Of a DNA stretch of 64,000 bases, positions 1 through 8,401 are shown one piece after another. This stretch comes from Candidatus Falkowbacteria bacterium (GTDB lineage Bacteria; Patescibacteriota; Patescibacteriia; UBA11705; JABHMO01). Numbering within the stretch: the stretch's first letter is position 1; each line of letters opens with the position of its first letter. The stretch lies in contig JABHAL010000002.1 of NCBI GenBank assembly GCA_018674305.1, forward strand, positions 1,286-65,285, given 5' to 3'. The translations under genes and the position numbers were made by a program. The notes under the pieces were generated by a model. That model was not told where the DNA came from, did no database searches, and saw only the letters and a list, made by a program, of their open reading frames with translations.

Positions 1-208
1 CGCTTGTTGTTTTTCACTTTCCTGCATTTGTGGAATTTGTTTACTAACCTGATTCTTGCGAGTGCGTAATTCCTCAAGTTGTTGCGTTAGCTTTCTACGT
101 TTTTCATCTAATTGTAAAAGCTTATCAATATCAACCTGAATATTTTTATGTCGAGCAATTTGTTTCAACTGCTCCTTGTTTTCACGAATGTATTTTATGT
201 CTAGCATA
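1..208 (-). CDS. serS: seryl-tRNA synthetase, N-terminal part. The gene continues beyond the left window edge.
   Basis: Minus-strand translation from the ATG at 206-208 reads MLDIKYIRENKEQLKQIARHKNIQVDIDKLLQLDEKRRKLTQQLEELRT, the characteristic SerRS N-terminal coiled-coil arm. The reading frame runs off the window. Confidence 0.55.
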
Positions 209-487
209 TTATTTAGTTAAAAGTTAAAAAGTTTATAAAGTTAAGAGTTGAGATATTTATAAAATATCAAAAATATTATACCCCCAAGGGGAAAAATAGG
301 AAAATATACAATATGAAATGTCCAGTCGATAATTTTCAGTAAGAATTGGGTATTTAGTATTGTTTATTAGGTGTTTTCATATGAACTATTATACTAAATA
401 TCACAAAATTTAGCAAAATAACCTTGGCCTTTCGGTCAACTCAAGGTCAACCTGCCATGCGATACTGCATGGCTGTAGAACAACAGG

Positions 488-516
488 TTGACAAAACCAA
501 AAATGTATGCTATATT
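488..516 (+). promoter_or_regulatory. consensus sigma70-type promoter with extended -10: TTGACA, 17 nt, atGcTATATT
   Basis: -35 TTGACA at 488-493, a 17-nt spacer, TGn-TATATT at 508-516. No ORF lies downstream on the plus strand. Confidence 0.5.
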
Positions 517-522
517 GCTCAG

Positions 523-753
523 TCCTCCTTAAGGGCTTGTTACAGAAAACAGGTTCGTCACGAAACTCTAAAATCCTGTGATAGAATCTTCAAAAATTCA
601 TGAGGCAATGTATTAATATTGTTGAAAGAATTTTAGGAGATAATAGCTAAAATTTGAGAATTGCAGTAGAAGCTGTATTCAGTAACAATCCCTATATGGC
701 TGCACCTAAATCTGGAGGAGCCCCATTTGCACAGTGCATTTGGGGCATTTTTA
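523..753 (+). ncRNA. candidate small noncoding RNA of ~230 nt, possibly 6S-like; not classified
   Basis: The region starts just downstream of the consensus promoter and contains no ORF longer than 16 codons. Long-range complementarity links 552-562 with 683-693 (ttgttacagaa / ttcagtaacaa) and 533-538 with 708-716, which is compatible with an extended rod. It ends in an imperfect hairpin plus T-run at 721-753. Confidence 0.3.
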
Positions 754-768
754 TTCAAAATGTACTAA

Positions 769-797
769 AAAAGGCGCGAAACATTGTTTCGCGCCTT
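769..797 (-). terminator. rho-independent terminator for the Zn-ribbon gene
   Basis: The hairpin ggcgcgaaac-attg-tttcgcgcc is followed by TTTTTT on the minus strand. Confidence 0.55.
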
Positions 798-826
798 CTT
801 GTGTATCATTTCTAGCTAAATACTTA

Positions 827-1036
827 TTAGCGATCAATACTGGCCAAATGAGCAATTCTTTCCTCCCTCTCTCTGTCAGAGCCAAATTTGAACGTGGAGA
901 ATGTCGCTGCATTGCGCGCCTGAGTCCTTCTCTCACCACTCAGCTTCCCATCACAATCCTTGCACACTCCAGTCTCACTGACAATTGCAGAAAAAGACTT
1001 GCTTTTCCCGCAGTCCCGACAAATTACAACACTCAT
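827..1036 (-). CDS. small zinc-ribbon protein, 69 aa, with CxxC-x18-CxxC
   Basis: CRDCGKS...CKDCDG motif. A GGAGGT Shine-Dalgarno sits 6 nt upstream of the ATG. A TTGACA-17-TATACT promoter lies at ~1070-1100 on the minus strand, and a terminator follows downstream. Local GC is elevated. Confidence 0.5.
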   Translation of the reverse strand: MSVVICRDCGKSKSFSAIVSETGVCKDCDGKLSGERRTQARNAATFSTFKFGSDREREERIAHLASIDR

Positions 1037-1149
1037 GATATTACCTCCACTAAATTAACAGCTGTCACTAGAAGAATACAGTATATAACATAAATCTTAA
1101 ATTGTCAAGTACGTCGTAATGGTTCAATACCTTTGCAATATTAATGAGT

Positions 1150-1295
1150 TAAATTTTGCCTACTTAGCCACCTGGGGTTGAAAACCCCAGGCTATTTGTA
1201 TTCTAAACCCCCATAAATGGGGCTAAGTCTCTTCAGGCTACTTTAGTAGCCTTTACAAAACTTAGCCTGGCCCTTTCAGGGCCAGGTGGCTAAAT
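1150..1295. ncRNA. GC-rich multi-stem structured element of ~145 nt; unclassified candidate ncRNA
   Basis: A closing helix tagcca/tggcta encloses four hairpins: cctgggg-ttgaaaa-ccccagg, cccc-ataaat-gggg, ggctac-ttta-gtagcc and cctggccc-tttc-agggccagg. An extra ctaag/cttag pairing is also possible. There is no ORF, and GC is far above the AT-rich surroundings. Confidence 0.35.
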
Positions 1296-1472
1296 ACAAT
1301 AATTATGAACATTTATATCCTAGAATTAATTACATTTAACTCCACTACAAATGTTGCCAAGCTCTTGACCTTATTTCGGTACGTGATCTCACTTTACTTG
1401 TTTCATTACATATATTATAATTGATTTACAATCCTCCTCGCTCTGCCCCGAGCGGAAGGTGTGCTTCGCTAC

Positions 1473-1506
1473 AGCCCTAACCAGACAATCGGTTAGGGCT
1501 TTTTTC
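1473..1506 (+). terminator. rho-independent terminator, plus orientation
   Basis: agccctaacc-agacaatc-ggttagggc followed by TTTTTT. It is preceded by the small hairpins cgctc-tgcccc-gagcg and gaag-gtgtg-cttc. Confidence 0.5.
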
Positions 1507-1512
1507 TAACTA

Positions 1513-1548
1513 AAAACTCCGTGCTCAACATTGAACCGGAGTTTTTTA
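1513..1548. terminator. bidirectional terminator hairpin; terminates lysS on the minus strand
   Basis: aactccg-tgctcaacattgaa-ccggagtt has T-runs on both sides. It lies ~45 nt past the lysS stop. Confidence 0.5.
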
Positions 1549-1591
1549 TTAATAATATTTGTTTAATATTTGTACAATATTTGTGTAATAT

Positions 1592-3061
1592 TTATTCTTT
1601 TGGTTTCATCAACGGAAAGAAAACTACATCACGAAGATTATCTTGCTCAGTCAGGATTGTTAAAATTCGATCAATTCCCATTCCCCAACCAGAAATTGGT
1701 GGCATGCCGTATTTCATTGAATCTACAAATTCTGGATCACCTTCCATGGTTTCGTCATCACCAGATTTTTTAAGTTTCGCCTGATCCTTGAATCGTTTTT
1801 CTTGATCTATTGGGTCAACTAACTCTGAATAAGCTTTGACAATTTCCCAACCACCGACAACCAACTGAAATTGGTCAACGATTTCTGAATCATCATCATT
1901 ACGTCGCGCCAAGGGCTGTAATTCAATTGGATAATGATATAAAAATACTGGATCAATAATTTTTGGTCGAGAAACTTTTTTGTAAAGGTTATCAATCAAA
2001 GTTGCCAGTCCCATATGCTCCATATCATCAACTTGAATCTTCTTCTTTTTCAAATCTTTCACTAAATCTTTTGGGTTCTTATACTTAGCAACGTCTAACC
2101 CACAATCTTTCTTTACCAACTCAATAAAGTCCACTCGCTTCCACGGAGTTTTGAAATTAACTTTCCGTTTTTTGCCATCCTTACCGGTAATTTCAAGTTC
2201 ATGTGGTAAATTTAATTTCTTAAAAATAAATTCAAACATCTTTTCAGTGAATTTTATATTATCTTCAAAATCCCAATAAGCACAATAATGTTCTAAATGA
2301 GTATGCTCTGGTAAATGTGATGGGTCAATACCTTCATTCCTGAATGCTTTGCCAATTTCAAAAATTTTATCATAACCACCAATGATCAATTGCTTCAATG
2401 GAAGTTCATGTGAGATTCGAAGAAACACATCAATATCTAAACCGTTATTATGGGTCTTGTAAGGTTTGGCATGCGCGCCAGTGGCACTATGCAGTAAAGT
2501 CGGAGTCTCAACTTCGAAAAAATCTTCTTGCCAATAAAACTCCCGCAGAGCTCTGATAAATTTACTACGGAGTTGAAAGCGTTGCATGGTTTCCGGATTG
2601 GAGATCAAATCCAAGTAACGCTGACGGTATGTTGCTTCCACATCTTTCAGTCCATGCCATTTTTCAGGTAATGGTTTCAAAGCTTTACCAAGAAAGGTCC
2701 ATTTATTAACAAGGATAGTTAGTTCACCTTTGTGCGTTACAAAAAGCTCACCTTCCACTCCAATAAAATCACCCAGATCAATTATTTTTTGTAATTGTTT
2801 ATAATCATCCTTACCTAAATCATCTTGCTTGAACGCAATTTGCATGCGACCAGAAAAGTCACTTAAGTGAGCAAAGGTTAATTTGCCCATATCACGAAAC
2901 ATTACTAAACGACCGGCAGTCTTTACTTTTTTGCCCTCCTTCATTTCTTTACATTCAGCCAGAGTCTGTTTCTTGTCAAACTTAGCTGGATAAGGCTCTA
3001 CTCCCATTGATTGTAGTTTTTCTAATTTTTGCAGGCGAACTGCTTCTTCGTTTTGTTCCAT
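1592..3061 (-). CDS. lysS: lysyl-tRNA synthetase, class II
   Basis: 489-aa ORF with an N-terminal anticodon-binding OB region and class II motifs. The C-terminus ends in the ...GIDRILTILTEQDNLRDVVFFPLMKP pattern typical of LysRS. Confidence 0.9.
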   Translation of the reverse strand: MEQNEEAVRLQKLEKLQSMGVEPYPAKFDKKQTLAECKEMKEGKKVKTAGRLVMFRDMGKLTFAHLSDFSGRMQIAFKQDDLGKDDYKQLQKIIDLGDFIGVEGELFVTHKGELTILVNKWTFLGKALKPLPEKWHGLKDVEATYRQRYLDLISNPETMQRFQLRSKFIRALREFYWQEDFFEVETPTLLHSATGAHAKPYKTHNNGLDIDVFLRISHELPLKQLIIGGYDKIFEIGKAFRNEGIDPSHLPEHTHLEHYCAYWDFEDNIKFTEKMFEFIFKKLNLPHELEITGKDGKKRKVNFKTPWKRVDFIELVKKDCGLDVAKYKNPKDLVKDLKKKKIQVDDMEHMGLATLIDNLYKKVSRPKIIDPVFLYHYPIELQPLARRNDDDSEIVDQFQLVVGGWEIVKAYSELVDPIDQEKRFKDQAKLKKSGDDETMEGDPEFVDSMKYGMPPISGWGMGIDRILTILTEQDNLRDVVFFPLMKPKE

Positions 3062-3122
3062 ACAATTGATTACTGAATTATACTGATTTACTGAACGTAA
3101 ATATCAGCAAATCTTATTGAAT

Positions 3123-3515
3123 TTATTTTAAATTTACAACACGTCGTATTTTAACACCTTTATTTGAAAATAAAATTAACAAACCAACTTTTTTTCCAGA
3201 AATTCTTAAATAATCATTAATTTGATCGAATTCACTTTTAGCAAGATAACTACCAACCTTCAACTCAACGACAACCCGCCCATCTATAACGAAATCAAAT
3301 ATTCTTCGACCAATTTTTTCTCCTTTATACAAAAGATCTACTCTAACCTGTTCCTTATACCTTATCTTATTAAGTCTAAACTCTTTAGCAAGTGCCAACT
3401 GATAATACTTTTCTCTATGCCCACTGCCTAAGCTATTTTAAACTTCAAATGCTGCACCTATTATTTTATCAGTTAATTCCGATTCTGGATAATTTTTGTT
3501 TACATTAATACTCAT
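3123..3515 (-). pseudogene. GxxExxY-family protein (PD-(D/E)XK-like) interrupted by an in-frame TAA
   Basis: The ATG at 3513-3515 opens MSINVNKNYPESELTDKIIGAAFEV*NSLGSGHREKYYQLALAKEF..., which continues as the 3123..3398 ORF (DFVIDGRVVVELK...). The GxxExxY motif GHREKYY lies downstream of a TAA at 3438-3440 in the same frame. Confidence 0.6.
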
Positions 3516-3628
3516 AAATATTCAGCATATCAGTATTATTCAGTACTCACTTACAGAATTATACCTGAATTAGCAAAATTTTGCAAAAAATAAAAAACGT
3601 CCCAGATTGCCAGAACGCTTATTGACTT

Positions 3629-3868
3629 CTACTCCAATGCTTCTTCACTCAGGTACCACACGTACACATAATAAGAACAACTATTCTCTGAATCCCCAAT
3701 CGCGGTACTTAACTTAAATTTCTTAATGTCAGCTTTATTTCTATTAACAAACTCTTTGGCCAATCTTTGACCAGCATCAAAAGTGTCGTCATAAGTATTA
3801 CCGTGATCTTTACTGTGTGTTCTGAATACACGTATCTGCCACTCTAGAGGTGTGTCTACTTTTGACAT
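3629..3868 (-). CDS. small hypothetical protein, 79 aa; paralog of the next gene
   Basis: ORF with a terminator downstream: an 8-bp stem containing G-U pairs, followed by a U-run at 3587-3620 on the minus strand. It shares end motifs with 3877..4119 (...YLSEEALE versus ...YFAEEELK). Confidence 0.4.
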   Translation of the reverse strand: MSKVDTPLEWQIRVFRTHSKDHGNTYDDTFDAGQRLAKEFVNRNKADIKKFKLSTAIGDSENSCSYYVYVWYLSEEALE

Positions 3869-3876
3869 AACGCCTC

Positions 3877-4119
3877 CTATTTCAACTCTTCTTCAGCAAA
3901 ATAGGCCAACTGAATATTCATAAAATCGTCGCCGTTGCCGTCCCTTCCATAGGTTATTGGCACTATCTTATAATCAGAACTTCCAATTCCGTGTTTATTC
4001 ACAAAATCCAGAACAGCTTGCACGCAGCCGTCATTAACTTCAGCGATTCCATCTTTGCTATCTTTATTCGATCGCCAAAATGATTTACGAAACCATTGCC
4101 TATACTTGCTTTCACTCAT
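3877..4119 (-). CDS. small hypothetical protein, 80 aa; tandem paralog
   Basis: 8-nt spacing to the downstream paralog. Similar size, and both have a D/G-rich middle. Confidence 0.4.
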   Translation of the reverse strand: MSESKYRQWFRKSFWRSNKDSKDGIAEVNDGCVQAVLDFVNKHGIGSSDYKIVPITYGRDGNGDDFMNIQLAYFAEEELK

Positions 4120-4241
4120 TATTCACCTCCATATCACTTCAAAAGAGTTTATAATAAACCTTAATTTTTGTCAACCATTTTTTATCCAAACAAAAAAACA
4201 ACTAAACTGCTGTTATGTGTTATGTGATACGTATTATGTAA

Positions 4242-4706
4242 TTACTTAATTTCAATAATTTTGAAAACAATAGTTCCTCGTGGTGCTTCAAATTCAACGG
4301 TCTCACCTGGCTTCTTATTCATAAAAGCTTGCCCAATTGGCGACTCATTGGAAATTCTACCAACTGCAGGATCAGCCTCGTTAAACCCCACCACGGTGTA
4401 TTCTTTTCGATTGCCAGTGGCGTCCTCGGCTATAAAACATGATCCCATCCCAACCTCATCAGTTGAAGTGTTAGGCTCAGAAATAATTGCTATTTTCAAA
4501 CAACCTTCAATCTCACTGGCACGTGCCATCATTAAACCCTGCTCATCCTTAGCATCATGATACTCGGCATTTTCTGATAAATCCCCCATTTCCTTAGCTT
4601 GTTCGATTTTTTCAATAACTGCTGGTAATCTTACTTTTTTTATTTGTTCTAACTCTTTCTCTAGCTTGACTTTACCTTCTTCTGTTAAAATAATGTGGTC
4701 TGACAT
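4242..4706 (-). CDS. greA: transcription elongation factor GreA
   Basis: MSDHIILTEEGKVKLEKELEQIKKV... coiled-coil N-domain and a C-terminal FKBP-like domain. The likely start is the internal Met at 4706. Confidence 0.8.
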   Translation of the reverse strand: MSDHIILTEEGKVKLEKELEQIKKVRLPAVIEKIEQAKEMGDLSENAEYHDAKDEQGLMMARASEIEGCLKIAIISEPNTSTDEVGMGSCFIAEDATGNRKEYTVVGFNEADPAVGRISNESPIGQAFMNKKPGETVEFEAPRGTIVFKIIEIK

Positions 4707-4933
4707 AATACAAATGGGATAAAGGTGACAAAGGAGATAACTTGAGTTCAAATTATCAGCAAAATCACAACTCCACTTTTTTCAAAATAAACACAGATAC
4801 GTTTATTACCTGATTTAATAAAATTTGATTATATTTAAATTATAGTTCATTTTTGGTTAATATACAACAATATAGTAAATAGTAAAGTGTAAAGAGTAAA
4901 TAGAATTACATTTTACCTTTTACTCGTTACTTT

Positions 4934-6958
4934 TTACTTATAATAGTTAAAATACCAATGCATAAACTCATAAGCAATCGGTGCTGCAATCGCACTTCCT
5001 TCGCCACCTTCTTCAACCAAAATGGTCACCACAATTTCTGCATCATTATACGGAGCAAATGAAGTAAACCAAGAATGGGGAGTTTTGTCAGTAGCCCACT
5101 GAGCAGTTCCAGTTTTAGCAGCGGCGGTGACCGGCAATGAATTTAAAATCTTAGCACTTCCTTGCGTTACGGCCTGCCTTAACCCCTGACGAATTATTTG
5201 CAAAGTTTTATCAGCCACAAACTGTTCATTGAGTATTTCTGTTTCGATTTGAACTTCTTTCTTTGCAACCTGATCATAATAACGGTCAATCAATATTGGT
5301 TTCAGTAATTTTCCACCATTGGCAAAGACTGCCGTAAAATTTGCTACTTGTAATGGTGTAACTAATAAATCACCCTGACCTATAGCCATATGATAGGTGT
5401 CACCAATATACCATTGCTCACTTTTGGCTTTTCTTTTCCACTCTGGATCTGGTAAAAATCCTGGCTTTTCATTGGGCAAACTTATATTTGTTAATTTATT
5501 TAAGCCAAACATTTCAGCAACTTGCTTGATTTGCCGAACGCCCATGCCCTCAAACTCACCATAACCACCACCAATGATATAGAAAAAGGTATTAACCGAA
5601 TCAGCCAGTGCTTTTCGAACATTAGTAATACCATGACCACCAGCCTTCCAATCAGGGAAAAACCACTCGCCTATTCTAATTCCACCGGCACTCAAAAAGG
5701 AAGTATTTTCATTTATGACACCTTCTTCCAATGCACCTGCGGCCACGACCGGTTTAATTGTCGACCCAGATGGGTATTCACCACTAATTACCCTATTAAA
5801 AAGTGGGTTGTCCTTATTGTTAATCAAATAAGCAAACTCTTTGGAACTAATTCCCTCAGCAAATGAATTATTATTAAAACCAGGAAGACTAAGCAAGCTG
5901 TAAATTTTTCCAGTTTGAGGATTCATTACGACAGCAGCGGCTTTATTGGTTTTTAACTTTACTAAATATTTTTCAATTATTTCTTGTAATTTGGCTTGCA
6001 TCGTCAAATCAATAGCTAAAAATAAATTATCACCCTTAACCATTTCTTCTCTAGCAATAATTTTTATAGCTTTTCCGCTGGAATCAACTTCAATCTGTTC
6101 TCGACCATATTGTCCACGAAGTTGGTTTTCAAAAGATCCTTCTATTCCAGTTTTTCCGATGGAATCATTTAACAAATAACCCTGTGAATATAACTTTGAA
6201 AATTCTTCAGGATTAATCTTACCAGGATAACCCAAAATATGTGCTAAACTACTTACTGATTGATTGTTTTTTTTGTCCAAATATTGACGTCGAGCTGCAA
6301 CTTCAATGTCCACTCCGGGATGATTAGTACTCTGTATACGCATGGTAACAGCTTTTTCATAGGTCAAGCCATCAATTAACATCACTGGCTCAAAGTATTC
6401 TTTAACAGTTGCTTTTGTCTTCAAAACTTTTTCTAACTTTTCCTGATAATCAGGGTCTTCAATATTTTGTTTCAACCACGTCAACGTTTCCTCCTGATTC
6501 TTATCCGTTTCCAATTTTAAATCATACATGATTATGTAGACTGCAAAGTTAGGCACATTTTTTACCAGCTCTTGACCATTCAAATCATAAATTATTCCAC
6601 GTGGAGCTGGCAAATTAATAACTCTAAGGCGATTTTGCTCAGCTAGGCCGTGATAATACTCACCACGTACTACCTGCAAAAAGAATGACTGCAAAAACAA
6701 AATAAAAAAACAGGCAAGAACAAACATCAAAAACCAAACCAGTTTTTTATTACTCAAACTTAAGCCCAAGTAATTCTTGCCTGTACGCGCTAATTCATCT
6801 TCTGAAAAATCGATATAAGCCTCTTCAACCCAAGCTGTCCTTTTTCTTTTTTTGGAATTTTCATCATTTATATTTAAACCTCCACCCAAAAACAAAAAAC
6901 CGTCTTCAGGCAGGTTACTTTTATTGTGCTTTTTTCTGAAAAATAAACGCCAACGCAT
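4934..6958 (-). CDS. mrdA: penicillin-binding protein 2 (class B transpeptidase)
   Basis: N-terminal TM segment, SGSTIKP (SxxK), SxN-like and KTGTA motifs. It sits directly downstream of mreBCD. Confidence 0.85.
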   Translation of the reverse strand: MRWRLFFRKKHNKSNLPEDGFLFLGGGLNINDENSKKRKRTAWVEEAYIDFSEDELARTGKNYLGLSLSNKKLVWFLMFVLACFFILFLQSFFLQVVRGEYYHGLAEQNRLRVINLPAPRGIIYDLNGQELVKNVPNFAVYIIMYDLKLETDKNQEETLTWLKQNIEDPDYQEKLEKVLKTKATVKEYFEPVMLIDGLTYEKAVTMRIQSTNHPGVDIEVAARRQYLDKKNNQSVSSLAHILGYPGKINPEEFSKLYSQGYLLNDSIGKTGIEGSFENQLRGQYGREQIEVDSSGKAIKIIAREEMVKGDNLFLAIDLTMQAKLQEIIEKYLVKLKTNKAAAVVMNPQTGKIYSLLSLPGFNNNSFAEGISSKEFAYLINNKDNPLFNRVISGEYPSGSTIKPVVAAGALEEGVINENTSFLSAGGIRIGEWFFPDWKAGGHGITNVRKALADSVNTFFYIIGGGYGEFEGMGVRQIKQVAEMFGLNKLTNISLPNEKPGFLPDPEWKRKAKSEQWYIGDTYHMAIGQGDLLVTPLQVANFTAVFANGGKLLKPILIDRYYDQVAKKEVQIETEILNEQFVADKTLQIIRQGLRQAVTQGSAKILNSLPVTAAAKTGTAQWATDKTPHSWFTSFAPYNDAEIVVTILVEEGGEGSAIAAPIAYEFMHWYFNYYK

Positions 6959-6960
6959 AT

Positions 6961-7500
6961 TTATTGTTTGGTAGTATCTATAAAGACAGCCTTAAACCTT
7001 CGGCTAAATAAGTTAAACACTGCAAATAACAAAACAGAAAGAACTAAATTAAACAAAATTTGCCAGAGTAAATCATTTATAGAATTTACAGTTAAATGAT
7101 TAATCAAAGAATAGTCCTTGACCTTTATCAGGTAATTGACAGCCGTGTACATGTAGAGAAAAGCATTATAAACAATCGTGGAAATTACAGTCAGCCCAAC
7201 TAGCGTATAAAGAGATTTATTAGTAAGAAAATGTACAAATATCTTGTAGGCGACATACATTGTTAATAATAAACTAACCAGTAAAGCCCCAAAAGGCAAA
7301 GCAGAATATAAATCCAAAATTACACCTAGTATAAATGCGTAGGTAGTCCCAATTGAAAACCGACCCACCATTGAAATAAAAATCAATACTACTATCAAAA
7401 CATTAATCTTGCCTAAGTTTGCAGGAAAGAGCGCTACCATTCCTAGCTGTAGACCCGCCAATAATAAAATAAAAAAAGTGTGTTTGATTAGCTTAATCAT
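6961..7500 (-). CDS. mreD: rod shape-determining protein MreD (polytopic membrane protein)
   Basis: 179 aa with 5-6 predicted TM helices. Its position between mreC and mrdA matches the canonical operon. Confidence 0.6.
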   Translation of the reverse strand: MIKLIKHTFFILLLAGLQLGMVALFPANLGKINVLIVVLIFISMVGRFSIGTTYAFILGVILDLYSALPFGALLVSLLLTMYVAYKIFVHFLTNKSLYTLVGLTVISTIVYNAFLYMYTAVNYLIKVKDYSLINHLTVNSINDLLWQILFNLVLSVLLFAVFNLFSRRFKAVFIDTTKQ

Positions 7501-8338
7501 CGTCTTGATTATATTTCAAAATATTTACTATATTGATTTTATTGAAATCAACCATGGAGGCCAAAGCGGCCTCCTGAAACAACTCTTCTGGCTCATTAAC
7601 AATACTCTTGATCTGACCAATTACAATATTTCCCGGCACTTTTTGTTCTAAACCTGAAGTTACTATTATATCGCCCTCTTTTATCATCTCAGTCTGTGGG
7701 ATTAAACGCATTTTTATTCCCAAGCCAAACTCACCCTCTACCACCCCTATTGTTCGTGATTTATTCTGGATCCTCGCAGCTACCTTTGACAAATCATCAT
7801 TAATTAACAAAACAATAGAACTATTTTTATTGACTTTGATAATTTTGCCAATCAACATATTTTGTTCTGCTAAAACAGGCTGCCCTACCTCAATTCCGAC
7901 CTTACTTCCAACATCAAGGATCAAGGCATTTTGTGAACCGTCGGCACTTTGACCAATCACTCTAGCGATTTCAAACAAATATTGATTTTTGTCTACAAAC
8001 TGCATTTGTTCACGCAAAAATTGATTTTCTTCTTGTTCAGACACACATCTACTTTTTTCGTTAATCAGCATTGCTAATTGATCCTTCAAATCCTTATTCT
8101 CTTGGACCAAAGCTTGTTTAGACCTAAAATTCAAATAATTATCCCCCACCCAATAAGAGATTTGGTAAACTGATCTTAATACTGGTTTAGTAGCTGACAC
8201 AGCCAAATTTTCAATTGGTCTTAGAACTTTTATGTAATGTAAAAAAAACAGCAGTAGAACAATTACCACTGAAACAATAATTAATTTTGTTGATTTTCTA
8301 TTTAACATTACCATGAAAACACCAGAACACGAGAACAC
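7493..8338 (-). CDS. mreC: rod shape-determining protein MreC
   Basis: N-terminal TM segment, a coiled coil (KDLKDQLAMLINEK) and C-terminal beta domains. Located downstream of mreB. Confidence 0.75.
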   Translation of the reverse strand: MFSCSGVFMVMLNRKSTKLIIVSVVIVLLLFFLHYIKVLRPIENLAVSATKPVLRSVYQISYWVGDNYLNFRSKQALVQENKDLKDQLAMLINEKSRCVSEQEENQFLREQMQFVDKNQYLFEIARVIGQSADGSQNALILDVGSKVGIEVGQPVLAEQNMLIGKIIKVNKNSSIVLLINDDLSKVAARIQNKSRTIGVVEGEFGLGIKMRLIPQTEMIKEGDIIVTSGLEQKVPGNIVIGQIKSIVNEPEELFQEAALASMVDFNKINIVNILKYNQDDD

Positions 8339-8401
8339 TAGAACACCTATAGCAATTGCTTTAATGCTTTAATATTTTAATGCTTTAATGTTTTTATCAA
8401 A

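Noticed and set aside
734-1093. 119-aa plus-strand ORF in the ORF track
   Set aside because: It runs antisense to a better-supported Zn-ribbon gene that has a Shine-Dalgarno, promoter and terminator. It starts inside a terminator hairpin and has no RBS. Judged spurious.
1150-1295. SRP (4.5S) RNA identity for the structured element
   Set aside because: The conserved domain IV motifs (GGAA tetraloop with AGCAG / GGAAGCA internal loops) are absent.
1521-1784. Two overlapping plus-strand ORFs (87 and 67 aa)
   Set aside because: Both run antisense to the C-terminal coding region of lysS, have low-complexity translations and start in the terminator region. Judged spurious.
3438-3440. In-frame TAA as evidence for an alternative genetic code or programmed readthrough
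   Set aside because: TAA, TGA and TAG all terminate well-supported genes here, followed by terminators. A single nonsense mutation or sequencing error is the simpler explanation.
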